The position numbers and the translations under genes were made by a program. The notes beneath the pieces are model-generated. The model had not been told where the DNA came from. It saw only the letters and a program-made list of their open reading frames with translations, and did no database searches. A stretch of 64,000 nucleotides of DNA from Phoronis australis. Lineage: Eukaryota; Animalia; Phoronida. The DNA is taken from NCBI GenBank assembly GCA_002633005.1, contig NMRA01000132.1:740585-804584 (forward strand). Reading direction: 5' to 3'. Shown here in pieces: positions 26,101-39,400 of the stretch (position 1 is the first letter of the stretch; each line of letters opens with the position of its first letter).

Positions 26101-27559
26101 ATAGTGCGGAAACTTTAGTAGGACCCGCTGTGCTATGAACTCAAATTTGAAATCATGTTAACAATTTCTGACACATTATAACGAGTTGCATAGTCGGTCT
26201 AATTTTTTCAAACTCCCTACAATGATCTGCGAACTCGTAATAAGTTTTCAATTGACATCATTGAGCAGATTAATATGACTTGAAACTTATTACGATGTGT
26301 TGTCATATTGTACTTAGTTGGAATGTATTATAAAGACTACCAGAGCAGAGCTGGTAGCACTACATTTTAATCCTTTCCCTTGAGATCGCATTTAAATTTC
26401 TGTTTCAGCAACAGTTACCAAACGGTAAATCTTTTGCTTGGTTATGATAAGTTGGCAGCTGATAGAAAAAAGAGATCTTTGATACTGTTGTCCTCTGGCA
26501 AGCGCTTACAGTATAAGTTTTGATAATGAATATCCACTTTCCGGTTAACGACCGCTCTCGTTTGTTTTACAATAATTTTAAGTAGAATATTCAATTACAA
26601 GAAATCAAAATACGGAATCCTAGTAGCACCAACCCCACTGCGAATCCAAATTTGAAATAATTTTAACGATTTCCAACTCATAGATTGAGTTTCAAAGCAT
26701 TATAATGCGTTTCCAATTATCTATAATGACTTGAAACTCCTGAAGTCATTATATTAACGAGTTCGCAGTAGAGTTGGAGCATGTTACATATTTGAAATGT
26801 AGAGCGCTAATGGTGTGTTTGCAGTAAATTAAAGTTCTCAATTCATTTATTTCCTCATGTAATCGGAACCAGTTTTACTTTTTCAGCGACTGTTGCCTTG
26901 ACGACTGAGTAACGGTAAGTCTTTTACATGCTTCACATTGGAAGTTAATTGACACGAAGTGTTGATCCGCATCTAAAGCATCCAAGTCGTGGTAAAGTTG
27001 CATTTTGCTTTGTTTAGCTTTCTAATTTCAAAGTCGGTGTCGAACAATGGTGTACCAGGTTTAACCGTTCCTCAGTTTTCTTCGCCTTTTCACTAATTTT
27101 TGGCAACCTTCCTAATATTCCACCTCTACCAAGAACAATTTTCGTACCTCCTACAATTTTCATTTTCGCTCATCGTCTGAAATATTACCCAGGAGTACGT
27201 GCCACCCATTGCCCCCAAAGGCACCTCTCGATGCTTTGCTACAGCAGGCAAAACCTTTCAAAAATATCATCCTTAGGCACATTTTTAACAAGCCGACCAG
27301 TCTTCAACAGCGGCGGGTAATTTTTCTCAGGTTAAATTTTTTTTGCACGTAAAAGTTAGACCCCACGGGGTCAAAATTAAATGATATACGGGGTTGAATA
27401 CGTTCAACTTAGATTAAAAATCACTTGTGGTGTTTAGTAAATAAATATCTATCTGTTTCAGATCTACCATACAGAACACACAAGCAGAAGCCCGACGATA
27501 TGGCATTTACAAATACAAGTAGTTCAGAAAAAGAAGGAATTAAAGCATTTCAGTTGTAA
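5038..27559 (+). CDS. Novel secreted repeat polyprotein encoded by a 27-nt microexon array (candidate glycopeptide/prohormone precursor), ~300 aa
   Basis: Exon 1 is 5038-5101 (MLMKCFLFSFVLVACVCFAEC, phase-1 donor GTAAGG). Intact 27-nt exons start at 6255, 6939, 7622, 8310, 9513, 10640, 11738, 12352, 12863, 13467, 13963, 14584, 15095, 15699, 16194, 16816, 17328, 18048, 18560, 19252, 19727, 20805, 21089, 24276, 24741, 25151, 25452 and 25689. Translation: ATIASRFSN ATFAKRLSN VTIAKIFSN ATIAKRLSN ATIARRFTN ATIAKRFTN ATIARRFTN ATFAKRLSN STIAKIFTN ATFAKRLSN TTIARRFTN ATFAKRLSN ATIAKIFTN ATFAKRLSN TTIARRFTN ATFAKRLGN GTIAKRFSN ATLAKRLSN ATIAKRFSN ATFAKRLSN ATIAKRFIN GTIAKRFTN APIAKRFTK ATFAKRLSN ATIAKRFPN PTISLRLAN ATIAKRFSN ATFTKRLSN. 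Putative last exon from 27462; the 3' end is uncertain. Confidence 0.85.
7095..7420. repeat. Insertion containing a (GGAC)n microsatellite within an intron of the array
   Basis: GGAC/GACA run at ~7300-7370, embedded in sequence absent from the other monomers. Boundaries approximate. Confidence 0.65.
21201..23820 (-). mobile_element. ~2.6 kb foreign insertion interrupting the array; decayed coding remnant with a BRCT-like segment
   Basis: Array homology stops near 21203 and resumes near 23830. The minus-strand frame at ~22440-22126 reads NLILSQGDF..TQNEVHAIMTRNGGK..SH*VLI..LKVAIPGGHVVVSYSFILDCC, with stops. Element class not identified. Confidence 0.5.
25849..25944. repeat. 16-bp minisatellite GTAATGTGCTTCACGT x6
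   Basis: Six directly visible tandem copies. Confidence 0.95.
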
Positions 27560-30500
27560 CAACTTGGTTTTGGGATATAAATAAGAACATATTGTCGATT
27601 ACTTGTTTTTATACACGTACTGACGGATGTTTGATCGGACCGCCGATCGGACCGCCGATCGAACCTCTCGGTCACGCCGACCTTGGAAGAACAACGAGCT
27701 GATTTCGAAAACGCAGCACTTGGAGTTTTTTGTTTTTACATCGAGCTGGTCTTATTTTTTCTAATATACACCTCAACCTTAAAGTACAAATCCCGGGATT
27801 TTTGGTGCAACGTAATGTCTTACTAAGTCCTAATTAGGATATACTTTTATAATTAATAGCAACTTGAACTTCAGCGACACCCGACGACCTTGTCTAGTAA
27901 CGTCTGAGTCACTTGTCTCGTGATCAGAGTCCCAGTTCTCCCAACTCAGCAAGAGAACATTTCAAGCAGTAATCACCAGTTTTATTTACCATGAGCCAAC
28001 ACTGGGTGATATATCCGATTTACGAACGAACTCGGGCGCTTTTAAAGTGAACAGTGCGATTTGTCTGACTAAAGAGATGGCAAAGAAGTTGACGGCAGTG
28101 AACTGGAGCAAGTGATGTTTAAAAGTACGCTTGTACAGTCGTGTGCAGAATGGCGGCTGGGCGACAAGTTGAGCATATACACTATCTCGATAAGAAGCTG
28201 ACCTCTTTGTGCCTCACCACGCCAATGTGCGGTACATGACGAGTATACGTCCTATTTGTCACATTGTAACACCGTTGGGAGGGGGGGGGGGGNGGGGGGG
28301 GGAGTATTCACACGACCAACATCGCATCATGAGTCGCGTAATAAATGCCGTTCGTTGTGAAGCTTTACACGTTTGTTCGACTTAAATCTAAACAGAAATA
28401 ACAGGACCTTTCATGCGTTTTTGCGGCACCCGCAATTTCCCATTCAACTATAAAACAACAACAACGACAACAAATGCTGTCGGGCATTTTTGGATGTTAC
28501 ATCTCCCGTTCGACAAAAAAACGCTGTCGGTACGTCTTTGTGTGCTGCAGAGAACATTTCACCCGGCTTAGACCCAGATGTCCCGCTTTTTATCCTGAAG
28601 TCCCGCTTTTCAATCCAGTTTTTTCGTTCTTGAATGTTAACCGTGACAACTATGCAACAATTGTTCAAAATAACACTTTTATTGTTATTTTACAGAGTAC
28701 GCTTTCTTTAGTCACATAGCAATCGTAAAAATGTGTCCGAATGTCACTTGTTTACGGTAAGTTACCCTACATGTATCAGGAACACTAACTTTTACTTGCT
28801 GAAGAAAAAATATTTCTAAACGTTTATGGAAAATCCTACACTGCAACCATTGTGATCAGCTATCCACAGTGCATTTCAAAGCTACGTGATAGATGTTTGC
28901 TCATTTTTGTCTATCAGAAAACCTTTATCTGCAAATTTCGGATAGATGCTTGGAGTAGTTTATCGCATTTTTCGTAAATGTCAGTGTATTCTAAGTTTTT
29001 ACTGAATAATGTAATTGTATCAAACGGTAACAAAGGTCAAATTAATTGTAATATATAAAGATGTTTAATTTTGGATGAATTCCAGTCTCCACAGGAAGTG
29101 TATGGGATACATTTTCTAAATTTATAAAACCTTTGTCTTTAAAGTGGAGAAATCTTTTGAATTACTGAAATTATTTTCCTAGCAGCTTAACTAGTTATTT
29201 ATATAACCTCTCTGGTTCATTACATTACTATTTCACACTGTTATTTTTCGCATTTTGGTAACAGTCAGGTATGCTCTTGAATTAAATCATTTATCTTTTG
29301 CTTCTGGTATCATCATCAAGAACTGACAAAGGGCTTTCTTATGACGTGGCTTGTACGCAATTCGGTAGAAAAACGGCGGGGTTGCGGAAAGTTTTAATGA
29401 GAGTAAACTGCATAGCGAATACACACACCGAAACAAACGAATGCCAACAACTCTCACGCATGCGCGGCGCAACCTCAGCGGCCGCGAGATCGGAGTTGGC
29501 ATTCCAGGGCTAGAGTTCTATATTGAATGTGATTCTCTGCCACAGAAGTCAAACTGTTCACCAGGTATTTTTATGGTTTGTTCGTAAAGATATTGAATTT
29601 CTGTTGCTTTCAAAACATTTTCCTTTATAATTTCAAATTTAAAAAAGCGATCTGTCAACTGCTCGTCACTTCGTTCATTTTTCTCCCACTCGACAAAGCA
29701 CGTCTCCTTAATTTTTTATTTGGTATGGCAAGTCATAAACGTAGCACTTTCCTTTATATGGAAAATGTGTCTTTTGACCTTTCATGTAGCAAAACAATGG
29801 AGATTTCAAACAGCAGCCAGTCCGACTTCTTTGAATGCATGCGCGCATATATATTAGTGGCAGGGATTTTGAAAACTGTATTGGGATTAAAAAAGTTTTT
29901 ATTTCGTATATGTCTCACAAAAAGTGAATTGGGCGTTCTTTTTTCTAAAAAGTCGTGCAGTATTCGAAGTGAATAACTCTTACGTTATTAGCATCCCCAA
30001 GAAATAGATTCTCCGCGATCTGTTTGCAATGTGTTTTTACGAGTTTTCGCGGTCCATGAATCTTTAACGAAACTCTCACTGTAGACTCAAGAATGGTTAG
30101 AAATCAATGAATGCCTGTCGCCTTGGGAAGTCTCTACACGTTTAGCGGCCCGAGGTTTCTTGTGCGCACGCTTAAGATTTGAGCAGCACTACTACCTTGC
30201 TTACTGACACTCCGCAGCCTTGATCCTACACATATTGAAAATGACGGCGCCCCTACACAAACTTTCTAAATCGAGTTCGCATCACCTGAGGTCAGTGTTC
30301 CTGTAGGCGTAGAAAGATCAGCGTACGATTACGCTATTGGTGCCCCCAAAATGCTGTAAGCGTGAGGCACCAAAAAGCGCGTTGTCTGTAGCATAGGCTA
30401 ATTCCGCTATATTGTTAACCCGCCACTGTAGTATTTATACAGCTTTTACAACAAAGTTATCTGTGGGTGACATTCTTGAGGGTTTATGGCAGGCCTAAGC

Positions 30501-30781
30501 CAGAGTGTATTTTGTCCGTTATAGACTATTTAATGATCACTGGCGTATACTCTATCATATGAAATTGTTTTTTTGTGGTACCTGGAATGCTAAATTGTCG
30601 TGGATCCTTTGAGTTTCTGGCGGCAACTTTCCAGAGTGCTAAGTGTGGAACGGTTGTACAGCACCTCGAATCTCTAATCTAGCTCAATCCCCCCTCATAA
30701 GGTCCCCAGGGGTCACATCCGTATGCAAAAAACGGCAGACAGCCATCTTTCTGGACAGTATTATACTGTTGTGCACTGTAA

Positions 30782-32482
30782 GTGGTCTTGGGGTCAGAAT
30801 CTGAACCTCTCGAAACAATCTTCAAGAAGCCTCTTCATTCTGCTCCCCAAAGACTTCAGCGAATGATGATGAGACTCCAACGATATAATCTCAGAGTTGT
30901 TCATAAAAAGGGGTCCACGATGTACATTGCAGATACCCTTTCAAGGGCAGTATTAGACACTGTCAATGATTATACACAAACCAATCTTGAGGTGTTTCGC
31001 CTCAACCTAGAAGAAGACGCAATGAGCACAATTGCTTGTTTTAAATCACAAACATTCGATGAAATAAAACGTCACACCTCAACAGACCCTGTTATGATGT
31101 CCCTTACCAGAACAATTATCACAGGCTGGCCAGACCAAAAGTCGTTGTTAGAGACTGGTCTTTCCCCCTTTTGGACGTTCAGGGACGAACTGAGCGTTTT
31201 TGACTGAGTTGTCTATCGAGGGTCTCAGATAGTTATACCACAACCTCTTCGTAAACAGATGCTCAACAAGATTCACATTGCACATTTTGGTCCAGAGTCC
31301 AACATACGCATGTGTAAGGACATTTTGTTCTGGCCTGGAATGAAGAGCGAAATACACGACATGGCTGAAGCATGTGGTAAATGTGCACAGTTCAAAGCAC
31401 AGAACACTAAAGACCCCATGATGACCCAACCTGTTCCATCCCATCCCTGGCAGTTTGTTAGCCAAGACCTGTGTACTTTCGAGTCAAACAATTATCTCAT
31501 AACAGTAGACCATTATTCAGACTTCATTGAAGTCGATGACCTAGACAACACCTTAGCTAGTACAATAGTAGACAAAACGGAAGCACATCTAGCACGTCAT
31601 GGGATACCTGAAATTTTATTGACAGATAATGGCCCTCAGTTCATTGCGTGTGATTTTGAAGCCATGTGTTACAAACACAACATACAACATATAACTAGCT
31701 CTCCTTACTGGCCTCAGGGCAACGCGAAGGCTGAAGCCTCTGTCAAAATTATCAAATCAATGCTGAAAAAGGCTGGAAAGCCCAACTTGCAACTGGCATT
31801 GCTCAATCATAGGAACACACCACCGCAGGGCCACTCCCTTAGCCCGGCACAGCGTAGCATGGGAAGACGCACTCGAGGTCTTTTGCCCATATCCCGTAAG
31901 CAGCTCCTACCCACTTGCCACGACCAGTCGCAAGTCCCTGACATTATAGCTAAAAAAAAGGCCCAGGCTAAGACCTCATATGACAAACGTTTGGGAACCA
32001 ACAGATCCGAGAATGACTTCGTGAGTGTTGGCGACTTTGTCTACGTCAAACCACCGCCTCCCAAAAAGTCACAACCGTGGCAATATGGTGTCGTGACGGA
32101 AATTCCAACCCCACGGTCTTACATTGTAGACACGCCAACCGGCATTTCGCGACGGAACAGACGTCATGTAAGATTAGCGGCTCCTCCACCACAAGGAACA
32201 CTTGTTCCTAAATCATGGAACCCGCAAGCATCCAACACACATACGCCACAACCAACCTCACCCGCTACACAAAAAGAGCCCCAAATGCCAAACCTAACGT
32301 CTGTTCCTCGTCCACCTTCCCCACCCATTACCAACCCCTTACTACTTTCTGGAGCCACCTATGATTCTGTCAAGGCCTGTCAGCCCATGCCAGATTCATC
32401 ATCTCCAATCTTCAAGGAACCCAATACGACCAGGTCCGGGCGTGTCTCCAAACCTCCACGACGGCTGATAGAGACAATGTAG
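30782..32482 (+). pseudogene. Ty3/Gypsy pol 3' fragment (end of RNase H, integrase Zn finger and core), one in-frame stop
   Basis: PLETIFKKPL..APQRLQRMMMRLQRY..IADTLSR; HIAHFG..FWPGM..CGKC; DLCTF..TVDHYS..TDNGPQF..SSPYWPQGNAKAEASVK. TGA at 31205-31207 sits in FD*VVYRG. Confidence 0.93.
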
Positions 32483-32567
32483 CATTCTTAGTGTTTTAAG
32501 TACGCGTAGTATTTTAAGTGACTTTCTATACATAAGCAACTTTTCTTTTTTTTTAAAGGAAAGGGGA

Positions 32568-33032
32568 TGTTGAGAGCCTCACTCTGTATACGTTAGAGGG
32601 CGACACGATCGTCCGCCATTATTGGAATAAACGACTTGAACGCAGTGTTGTAGTTGTCGGAACAAAAGCCAAACTCACGGCTTAACTGAACCTCATTCAC
32701 CTATTCTAAGGGCTTTGGGCTGCCCGTCTATATCGCGTACATATACAGGCTTGCATGAACACAGTCATCCAATTTTGCCGAAGGTCCGTCGGATGCCATT
32801 ACAACACGACAGCATATATTGTCGTACTCGACAAATAGGCCTATTGTGCCGACAGCATATGTACAATATGTGACTGAACGATGATTAGCCAGGCTACATG
32901 AACGCCGCCATGCTATCGCCCGGGCGACAATAAAATGGGTAGATGTTGACGGACTATATTGCTGCACTCTGACACATATTGTCGCCCGGCAGACAATATG
33001 TGTCGAGGGGTATAACCCTGAGTGTCTCAACA
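32568..33032 (+). mobile_element. 3' LTR of the Gypsy element
   Basis: Polypurine tract AAAGGAAAGGGGA (32555-32567) immediately precedes TGTTGAGA. The inverted terminus TCTCAACA ends at 33032. AATAAA at ~32626. Confidence 0.8.
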
Positions 33033-33401
33033 CTCAGTGATTGCGGACTTTTTCAGTATCAACACTGTCTCTCACTAGCTAGTACACGTCCGATCCTTGA
33101 TAGTAAATGTTTTGCCGGTTTATCGTCTTTTTACCATCGCTTTTACTGTTGTGTGATCACGTGCCTCTCTTGTATTACGTAGCGATATACTGCGGGGTCT
33201 TGCGTTTTCGCCAGGTTCCCACGTCTTCGGTACACACGCCTATCGTGGCGTCGACATGTGCAGCCACATTCAGGCCACACGAGGGCGCTGAAAAAAGAAC
33301 GTTGGGTTGTTATTGCGAGACTAATAACTATAAGCCACTGAACCCGTAGTGGTATTTTCATTATTGGCGCTTCCGCAGTGGGCTTCTAGCCGACCTGATC
33401 A

Positions 33402-36400
33402 ATGGATATAGACGCCATTTACAAAGAGCTTGGGGACCCTGGACGTTTTCATGTTTTGGTCTACGCACTACTCTTTCTAGACTGGGTGCCGGTGAATAAT
33501 AATCACTTGATTATGACTTTCTATGGAGCTGTTCCTGCCCACCACTGCAAGGTGCCTGATGGCATGTTAGTCAATGAGACTATACCTCGTTCGGGCGACG
33601 AAGAGAGCCTAGACAAGTGCCTCATGTACTACAATACATCTGCCGATTATCATTCGAATGTTTCCCTGATTAAATGCGTAGACGGATGGACATACTACAC
33701 TCAACCTGGAGAAGTAACCATAGTAACAGAGGTAAGAATATTTCAGTGACTTTACTGCGAGTGTTAGTGTCTTGTTCAAGTGTTAGGCATGCATTTTCAT
33801 TGACCTAATGTAGGCCATCGGCCAGTGTTACACGTGTGTATAAAGCAAACACATAACAAGCATACGTCTCGCATCACATTAGGTACTCAGTCCAGTATTC
33901 AATAGAGAGGTCACACTATTGATTCATTGTCCCTCATACAAACACACGGCTGCACAAAAACTAACCTTGCGAAACAGCGACAATGAGTTACGCAGAACAA
34001 GACGTATAGACAAAATAATGTTGCTTAGTATTCTGATGCCGACGCCCCCCGGGTTACCCCTCGACTATACCCTTGTTATGACTGACTCGTTCTGTGATGA
34101 CGTTTGAAAGGTGACGTTTTTGCTCACAAGGGTAATTATTGGAAAAATTCTGTGATATAAAGCCTTTTCTGTCAATGTGAAATGAACAACTCACGTGTGT
34201 CACTTACTTCAATATGAGGTTTACTTTTCGAAATGAGGTACAATCCCATTTTTTCTATTGCCGAATTCTGAATTCTCCTAGGTTACTTGGAACCAATGTC
34301 CTTAGGTTGGCATTTGAATTGCATAATATACTGGTGCTTTATTTTTCTAGGAATATTAAGTTTCCATATAGCTGACTGAAATCTGCATGTCTTGAGTTTT
34401 GACCGACAATTCACTAGGTGAGCGGCATGAAATGACCCGATGTACTAAAATAAGCGCAGCTGGATAGAGCGTAAGACGTTATCGAACAATCGAAGTGACA
34501 ATTTATAGGTCAACGTGCTTACCTTCAGTTCGAAAAACTTGCGATTTAACTAAGAGGCTTGAAGTTTCCTTAAATTCAAACGAAGAAAATGTCCCAAAAT
34601 TGTCATTTTTTGGACCTTTCAAACGCTCACTGTATTGTCAAAATGTTCGAAATTGCATCTTGTGTTCTTTGGTGGCAGCCGTACAATATGGAATTTTTAA
34701 ATAAAATGGTCTACTTGTATATTCTTGTTGAAAATTTGGATTAAATAAAATTTGACTGTTCCGTCATACCGTGTTCCAATTTTAAGAACATTATTGTAAT
34801 ACGAAAGCAAGGTTAAAGAATCCTAGCATATTTAATGTCATAATAAAAAAATAACAACATTGCAAAACAAGCTCACAACGTAAATTCCATCCCCTGCAAA
34901 ATATTAACACGCTTGTTCCTGGACGTCCTGATCATGGTCTAATGCGCAAAGCCACAGTGTTACAGATTCACAGTGTCACTAAATTGTGAATACGCAAATG
35001 AAGTACTAATTTACAAACAACCTCGAGTCCCCCAGTATATGCAGGAAACCATCCGAAAGCCAGTTAACATTACACTCTCGCAAAAGTCTCGTTTTGCGAG
35101 ACTACTTATATTAACGGTTGCGTAATGTTTGGAATTAATAGGGTTTATATGTGTTCACACTTGTTTCGTCAGTTGTGGTGTTTTCTTAAAAAACATTTTA
35201 ATAAAACATAGTATCTCTAATAATCAGTGATAGGTTTAGGCAGTGATGGAGTGGCGCTGTCGTTCGTCTGTGTACTTTTTGGTAATGTAAGTGCATTGAA
35301 ATATGATCAACTCTTGCCGGAAGCGTGAAACGATGGGTACGTCCTGGTTTTGGAATTAATTAATTCCGCTAGAAGGTGAACCCGACAGTTTCCTATGAAG
35401 CGTCAAAGGGTTCTTAAACGAGTACTTTTCTGCGCTTTGAGATGTGCTTAATGAACGCGTACTACTTTTAGTTCTTAAACGATCATCGATCTGCTCTTAT
35501 TCCACGCGCGTGGTTTTACTTAATCAACGCGTACATTTCAATCAGATCCTACAGGCCAATCACGCCCGTGCTCTCAAATCTTAACATAGCGGAAGACTTT
35601 CAACATGGGTGCAAGGCAACTTTTGAATAATGTTGCAGCTCCTTATCAAGTGACCACGTAAATGATGGCGCCGTCACGTACTGCAAGTAATACTTGTCTT
35701 TGATTGGACATAACGAATGACTAATTCAGCGAGATGATTTAGTAAAACTACGGGTTGATTAAGACATTAAAAGTTAATTTACTACGCAAATATTTTATTT
35801 GCGCTGCAAATAATTACTGTTTGCCTTTAACAAGAATTTTTATCTAAACATCATTCAACAAAGAATGGACTCACCGGAGACAGCCCAAGAGTTGTTATCT
35901 CTGCGGCGAAAGATGTTAAAGTTGAGTCCCGATGAGTTGCCAGCAGTCACTGGTACGGTGCGCGGCTTTAGACGCTCTGCGGCTGGGTTAAAGATCTTTT
36001 ATAGGCCTAACTATCCCCAATTCCCGTACCAGGATGAATTTCAAAAAATAACTCGTGTAATTTAAATTTCAAATAATACTCGTGTAATTTAGGTGCGTAA
36101 CGTTCACCCATTTGGCCTATTACAGAAAAGAGCTCAGCTGTTAAAAGTTCGTCGTTTTCTACAGCGAGCAAGTTCAGCTAGTGCTTTGTGTACAGGGTGA
36201 TCTGAAATTTGTTGAGTTTAGTCTCCAGCCGGACTGTCAGTTATTTCGAAGCACAGAAGTCACATACAATTTGATGATATTTGCACCTATGTTCCTATGA
36301 TCAATTAGTTTAATGAAATCAGTTTGTATGGTGTTGTATGATAAATTTACATAATTAATGCAAATTTTAAAGGCCACCATTATTCAAAATTATATTTTCG

Positions 36401-39400
36401 CTCATAACTCCCTTACCAAGCACTACAAACAGGTGACTTTAATGTTTTCACCCATGCTTCCATGGTCAGTGAATTTATCGGAGCTCGTTTGCTGGTGTAT
36501 ACATCGTGAATTTGCATGATATATACAAATTAAGTCTGTCATTACTCAAATTCTACTTTTGTTTATGGCTGAAGTACATGTTCCAGGCACTCCACGTTAA
36601 CTATTTTAACGTCTGCACCCATGTTTCTATGGTCAAAAAATTTAATGAAATCAGTTTGCAAGTTGCTGCACGATGAATTTGCATAATTTATACAAATAAG
36701 GGACACCATTATTCTAAATGCTGTTTCTGCTAATAATTTCCTTATGAGCAGGTTCAGCTAGTGCTTTCAGTGTGTACAGAGTGATCTGAAATTTGTTGAG
36801 TTGAGTCTCAAGCCGAAACTGTCAGTTCCTTCGAAGTACTTACAATTTGACTTAGAAAAAATTTAGGTTCATTTCATACTGTTTACCTAAAAGCCACAAA
36901 GTGTTCAATTTTTGGTAAAAGCATAATGTTAGGAATGCTTTTACTCAGGCATATATAGAATCAAATAAAGCTTAGTACATAGCGCTATCTTTATGACAAC
37001 GTCCCGGCTGTCTTGGATTCAAAGTTGGATGACTCTTTCAGGATTTTGCCGATTTGGGCTGAGTCTCGCGATGTTTCGCGACGTCTTGTGTACTCTTGGG
37101 TTTTTGAAACATTATTGACTACTGGCAAGGTTTTTCACAGATTTTTTGCTTGTGCTAAGCGAGGCACTAAAGTTTATTTCAGCACTGGCGTGGGCATTGA
37201 ACAGAGGGTGGAAAGTGACGAAAACAATTAAAACAATATAGCAAATTCAAAATAATCGACATTTTCGTCTCAAGAATTCCGAGAAGAAAATTATTGGGAA
37301 AGCATTGTTTATGAAGGGGAATATTTTTGCGACACTCAGTGAACGGTTCAGATTTTCGTGATACTGTGGCGGCCGTGTACTTGTCTTGTCTAACTACGTG
37401 TCAGTTTCAGATTTTCATGGTGCTTCAATGCACCGGCAGCCGTTTCCAACAAAATTCGTGATATTTGAAATACTAATGTGTTTCTGAAATCACTGGCTCG
37501 TATTCCATCTAAAAATTTATTGGGGCCTGCACCCCGAACCAGAGCACGGAAGAATATCCTCCTGACTATCATGCTCTACCCAGGAAGCACAAACCTCATT
37601 AGAAACTTGATTTCAAAAATGGAATTCAGTAATGACCTGCAGAAACTCAAAAGGCGCGTTTTTGTGCATTCAGTAGGCTACTCAATATTCACTAGGTGTT
37701 GTCAATGGACAGATCATAACGCTTTTCCCCATTCAAATTTTACTGCATTCTTGGTGGTAATAAGATCACCCAGATAAGCGAAGTCAAGCCTGGCTCAGAC
37801 AGGTCACACAACAGTTGGAGCATGTCAACAAAGGAACTGCAGTTGCATTCAGCACCTTATTTGTTTTTCTTCTGTTGTAGATAACAGATTTTTGCCGTTC
37901 AAACAATTAAAAAGTTGGATTTTCAATAGAGGAATTAGCAGTTTTTATAGTCCACACTGTCTAAAATAGGCGGGAAAATAGTGTTGCTTATTAAATGCCA
38001 GGATCGTTGTCTCACTAACCTAATGAACTTTTAATCGACCATATTGTGTTGAAATGTACTGAAGCTATGATTGGTCAGTAATAATAAATTACTGTTCCCC
38101 ACTCGTTCGATTACGTAATCTCAGTATTTTATCGCATAGTGGTCCTATGACCCTCTGACCGGCATGGATTTTTTCAGTGTGGGGGGAGTTGATGATCAAG
38201 TTGATAGACTCCGGCTGCCGGCCTCGAATTGCTTGGAAAATGGATTGAGTATTCGAATCGACTCTCAGTTACAAATGAATCTTGAAGAAATTGTTATTTC
38301 ATTGGATTTTGATGTAGGTTGAAAGCTGGGAGTAATAGTCTTAGGTTGAAAGTAACCACTCAAACAGATAGTACACGCACGAGCTGCTTGAATGACTAAC
38401 AAAAAAGTAGGCGTATGTTGATGAAATCCTGGTCAAACTATATCTTTCGTCTTTGGTTCAATTATTTTAGCAACGGTTTTGAAATCAACCATGTGTGTTG
38501 TATGGACAATTGTTAAAAGTATGCCAATCTAAAAATATACGATGGCGAAATTACCGAGTCAGCATTTTTAAAATCTATGATGACGGCTAGTTCCTCATCC
38601 AAGATGGCGGCTAGTCACCATGATGATATCGATTTATACCTAACCTTATTTTGATAACCACATCAAAACTGACTACTACATCAATTTTCATGCTTTTGTC
38701 AAAAACTGAACAATGTTGGTCCTTAATTTTTCGGGTTCAAAGAAATAAACTGTAGCGCGAAATCGAACCCTCTACCTTCGCATTGGCAGCCGAACGCTCT
38801 GCTGCTGAGTCAAATCCCATGAAGTATTTTATGTATGTGTGTATGTATGTATGTATGTTTGTATGTATGTATGTATGTATGTATGTATGTATATATGTGT
38901 GTATGTATGTATGTATGTATTATCAGGAAGAGATAACCATTTCCTGGTATTATGTATCTTCGTATGTATGGATATGTGTATGTGTGTATGCATGTTTGTA
39001 CGTCTGTATGCGTGTATGTGTTTATGTATGCATGTATGTATATAATGTATTTACATATGTTTGCATGCTTGTATGTATGTATGTGTGAATGTATGTATGA
39101 ATGTGTGTGTGTGTTTGCATGCATGTGTGTATGTGTTTACGTATGTATGTATGTATTTATGCTTACATGTTTTTGTATATTTATGTGTATGCCATTATGT
39201 ATTGTAAGTGTAAGCACGTATGTTTGCATGCATGTATGTATGAACGTATGTATATGTAAGAGTGTCGGCCAACATGTATACATAAGAAAAACACAACGAC
39301 AGAAACAAGTACAGACTGACCACAAAAATGTCAGCAACTTTTTCACTATTAATTTGTTTTTTCATGACAGGAACAGAATAAAGATCATCAAAAATGAAAA

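Larger units (their letters stand above)
5990..26960 (+). repeat. Tandem intron-exon array: alternating F-type and L-type monomers (~0.5-0.7 kb), with a ~2.23 kb four-exon higher-order repeat in the core
   Basis: Homologous exons at 9513/11738/13963/16194 and 10640/12863/15095/17328 are spaced 2223-2233 bp apart. Introns are near-identical in the core (~9-17.5 kb) and more diverged at both edges. Confidence 0.93.

Noticed and set aside
5990-26960. Array read as a CRISPR array or plain satellite
   Set aside because: The 'spacers' are 200-700 bp, homologous to each other and bounded by GT-AG; the context is eukaryotic and there are no cas genes. Codon-level conservation argues against a neutral satellite.
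38750-38818. Functional tRNA-Gly(GCC) gene
   Set aside because: The acceptor stem does not pair and the D-loop GG is missing; better explained as a SINE head or pseudogene.
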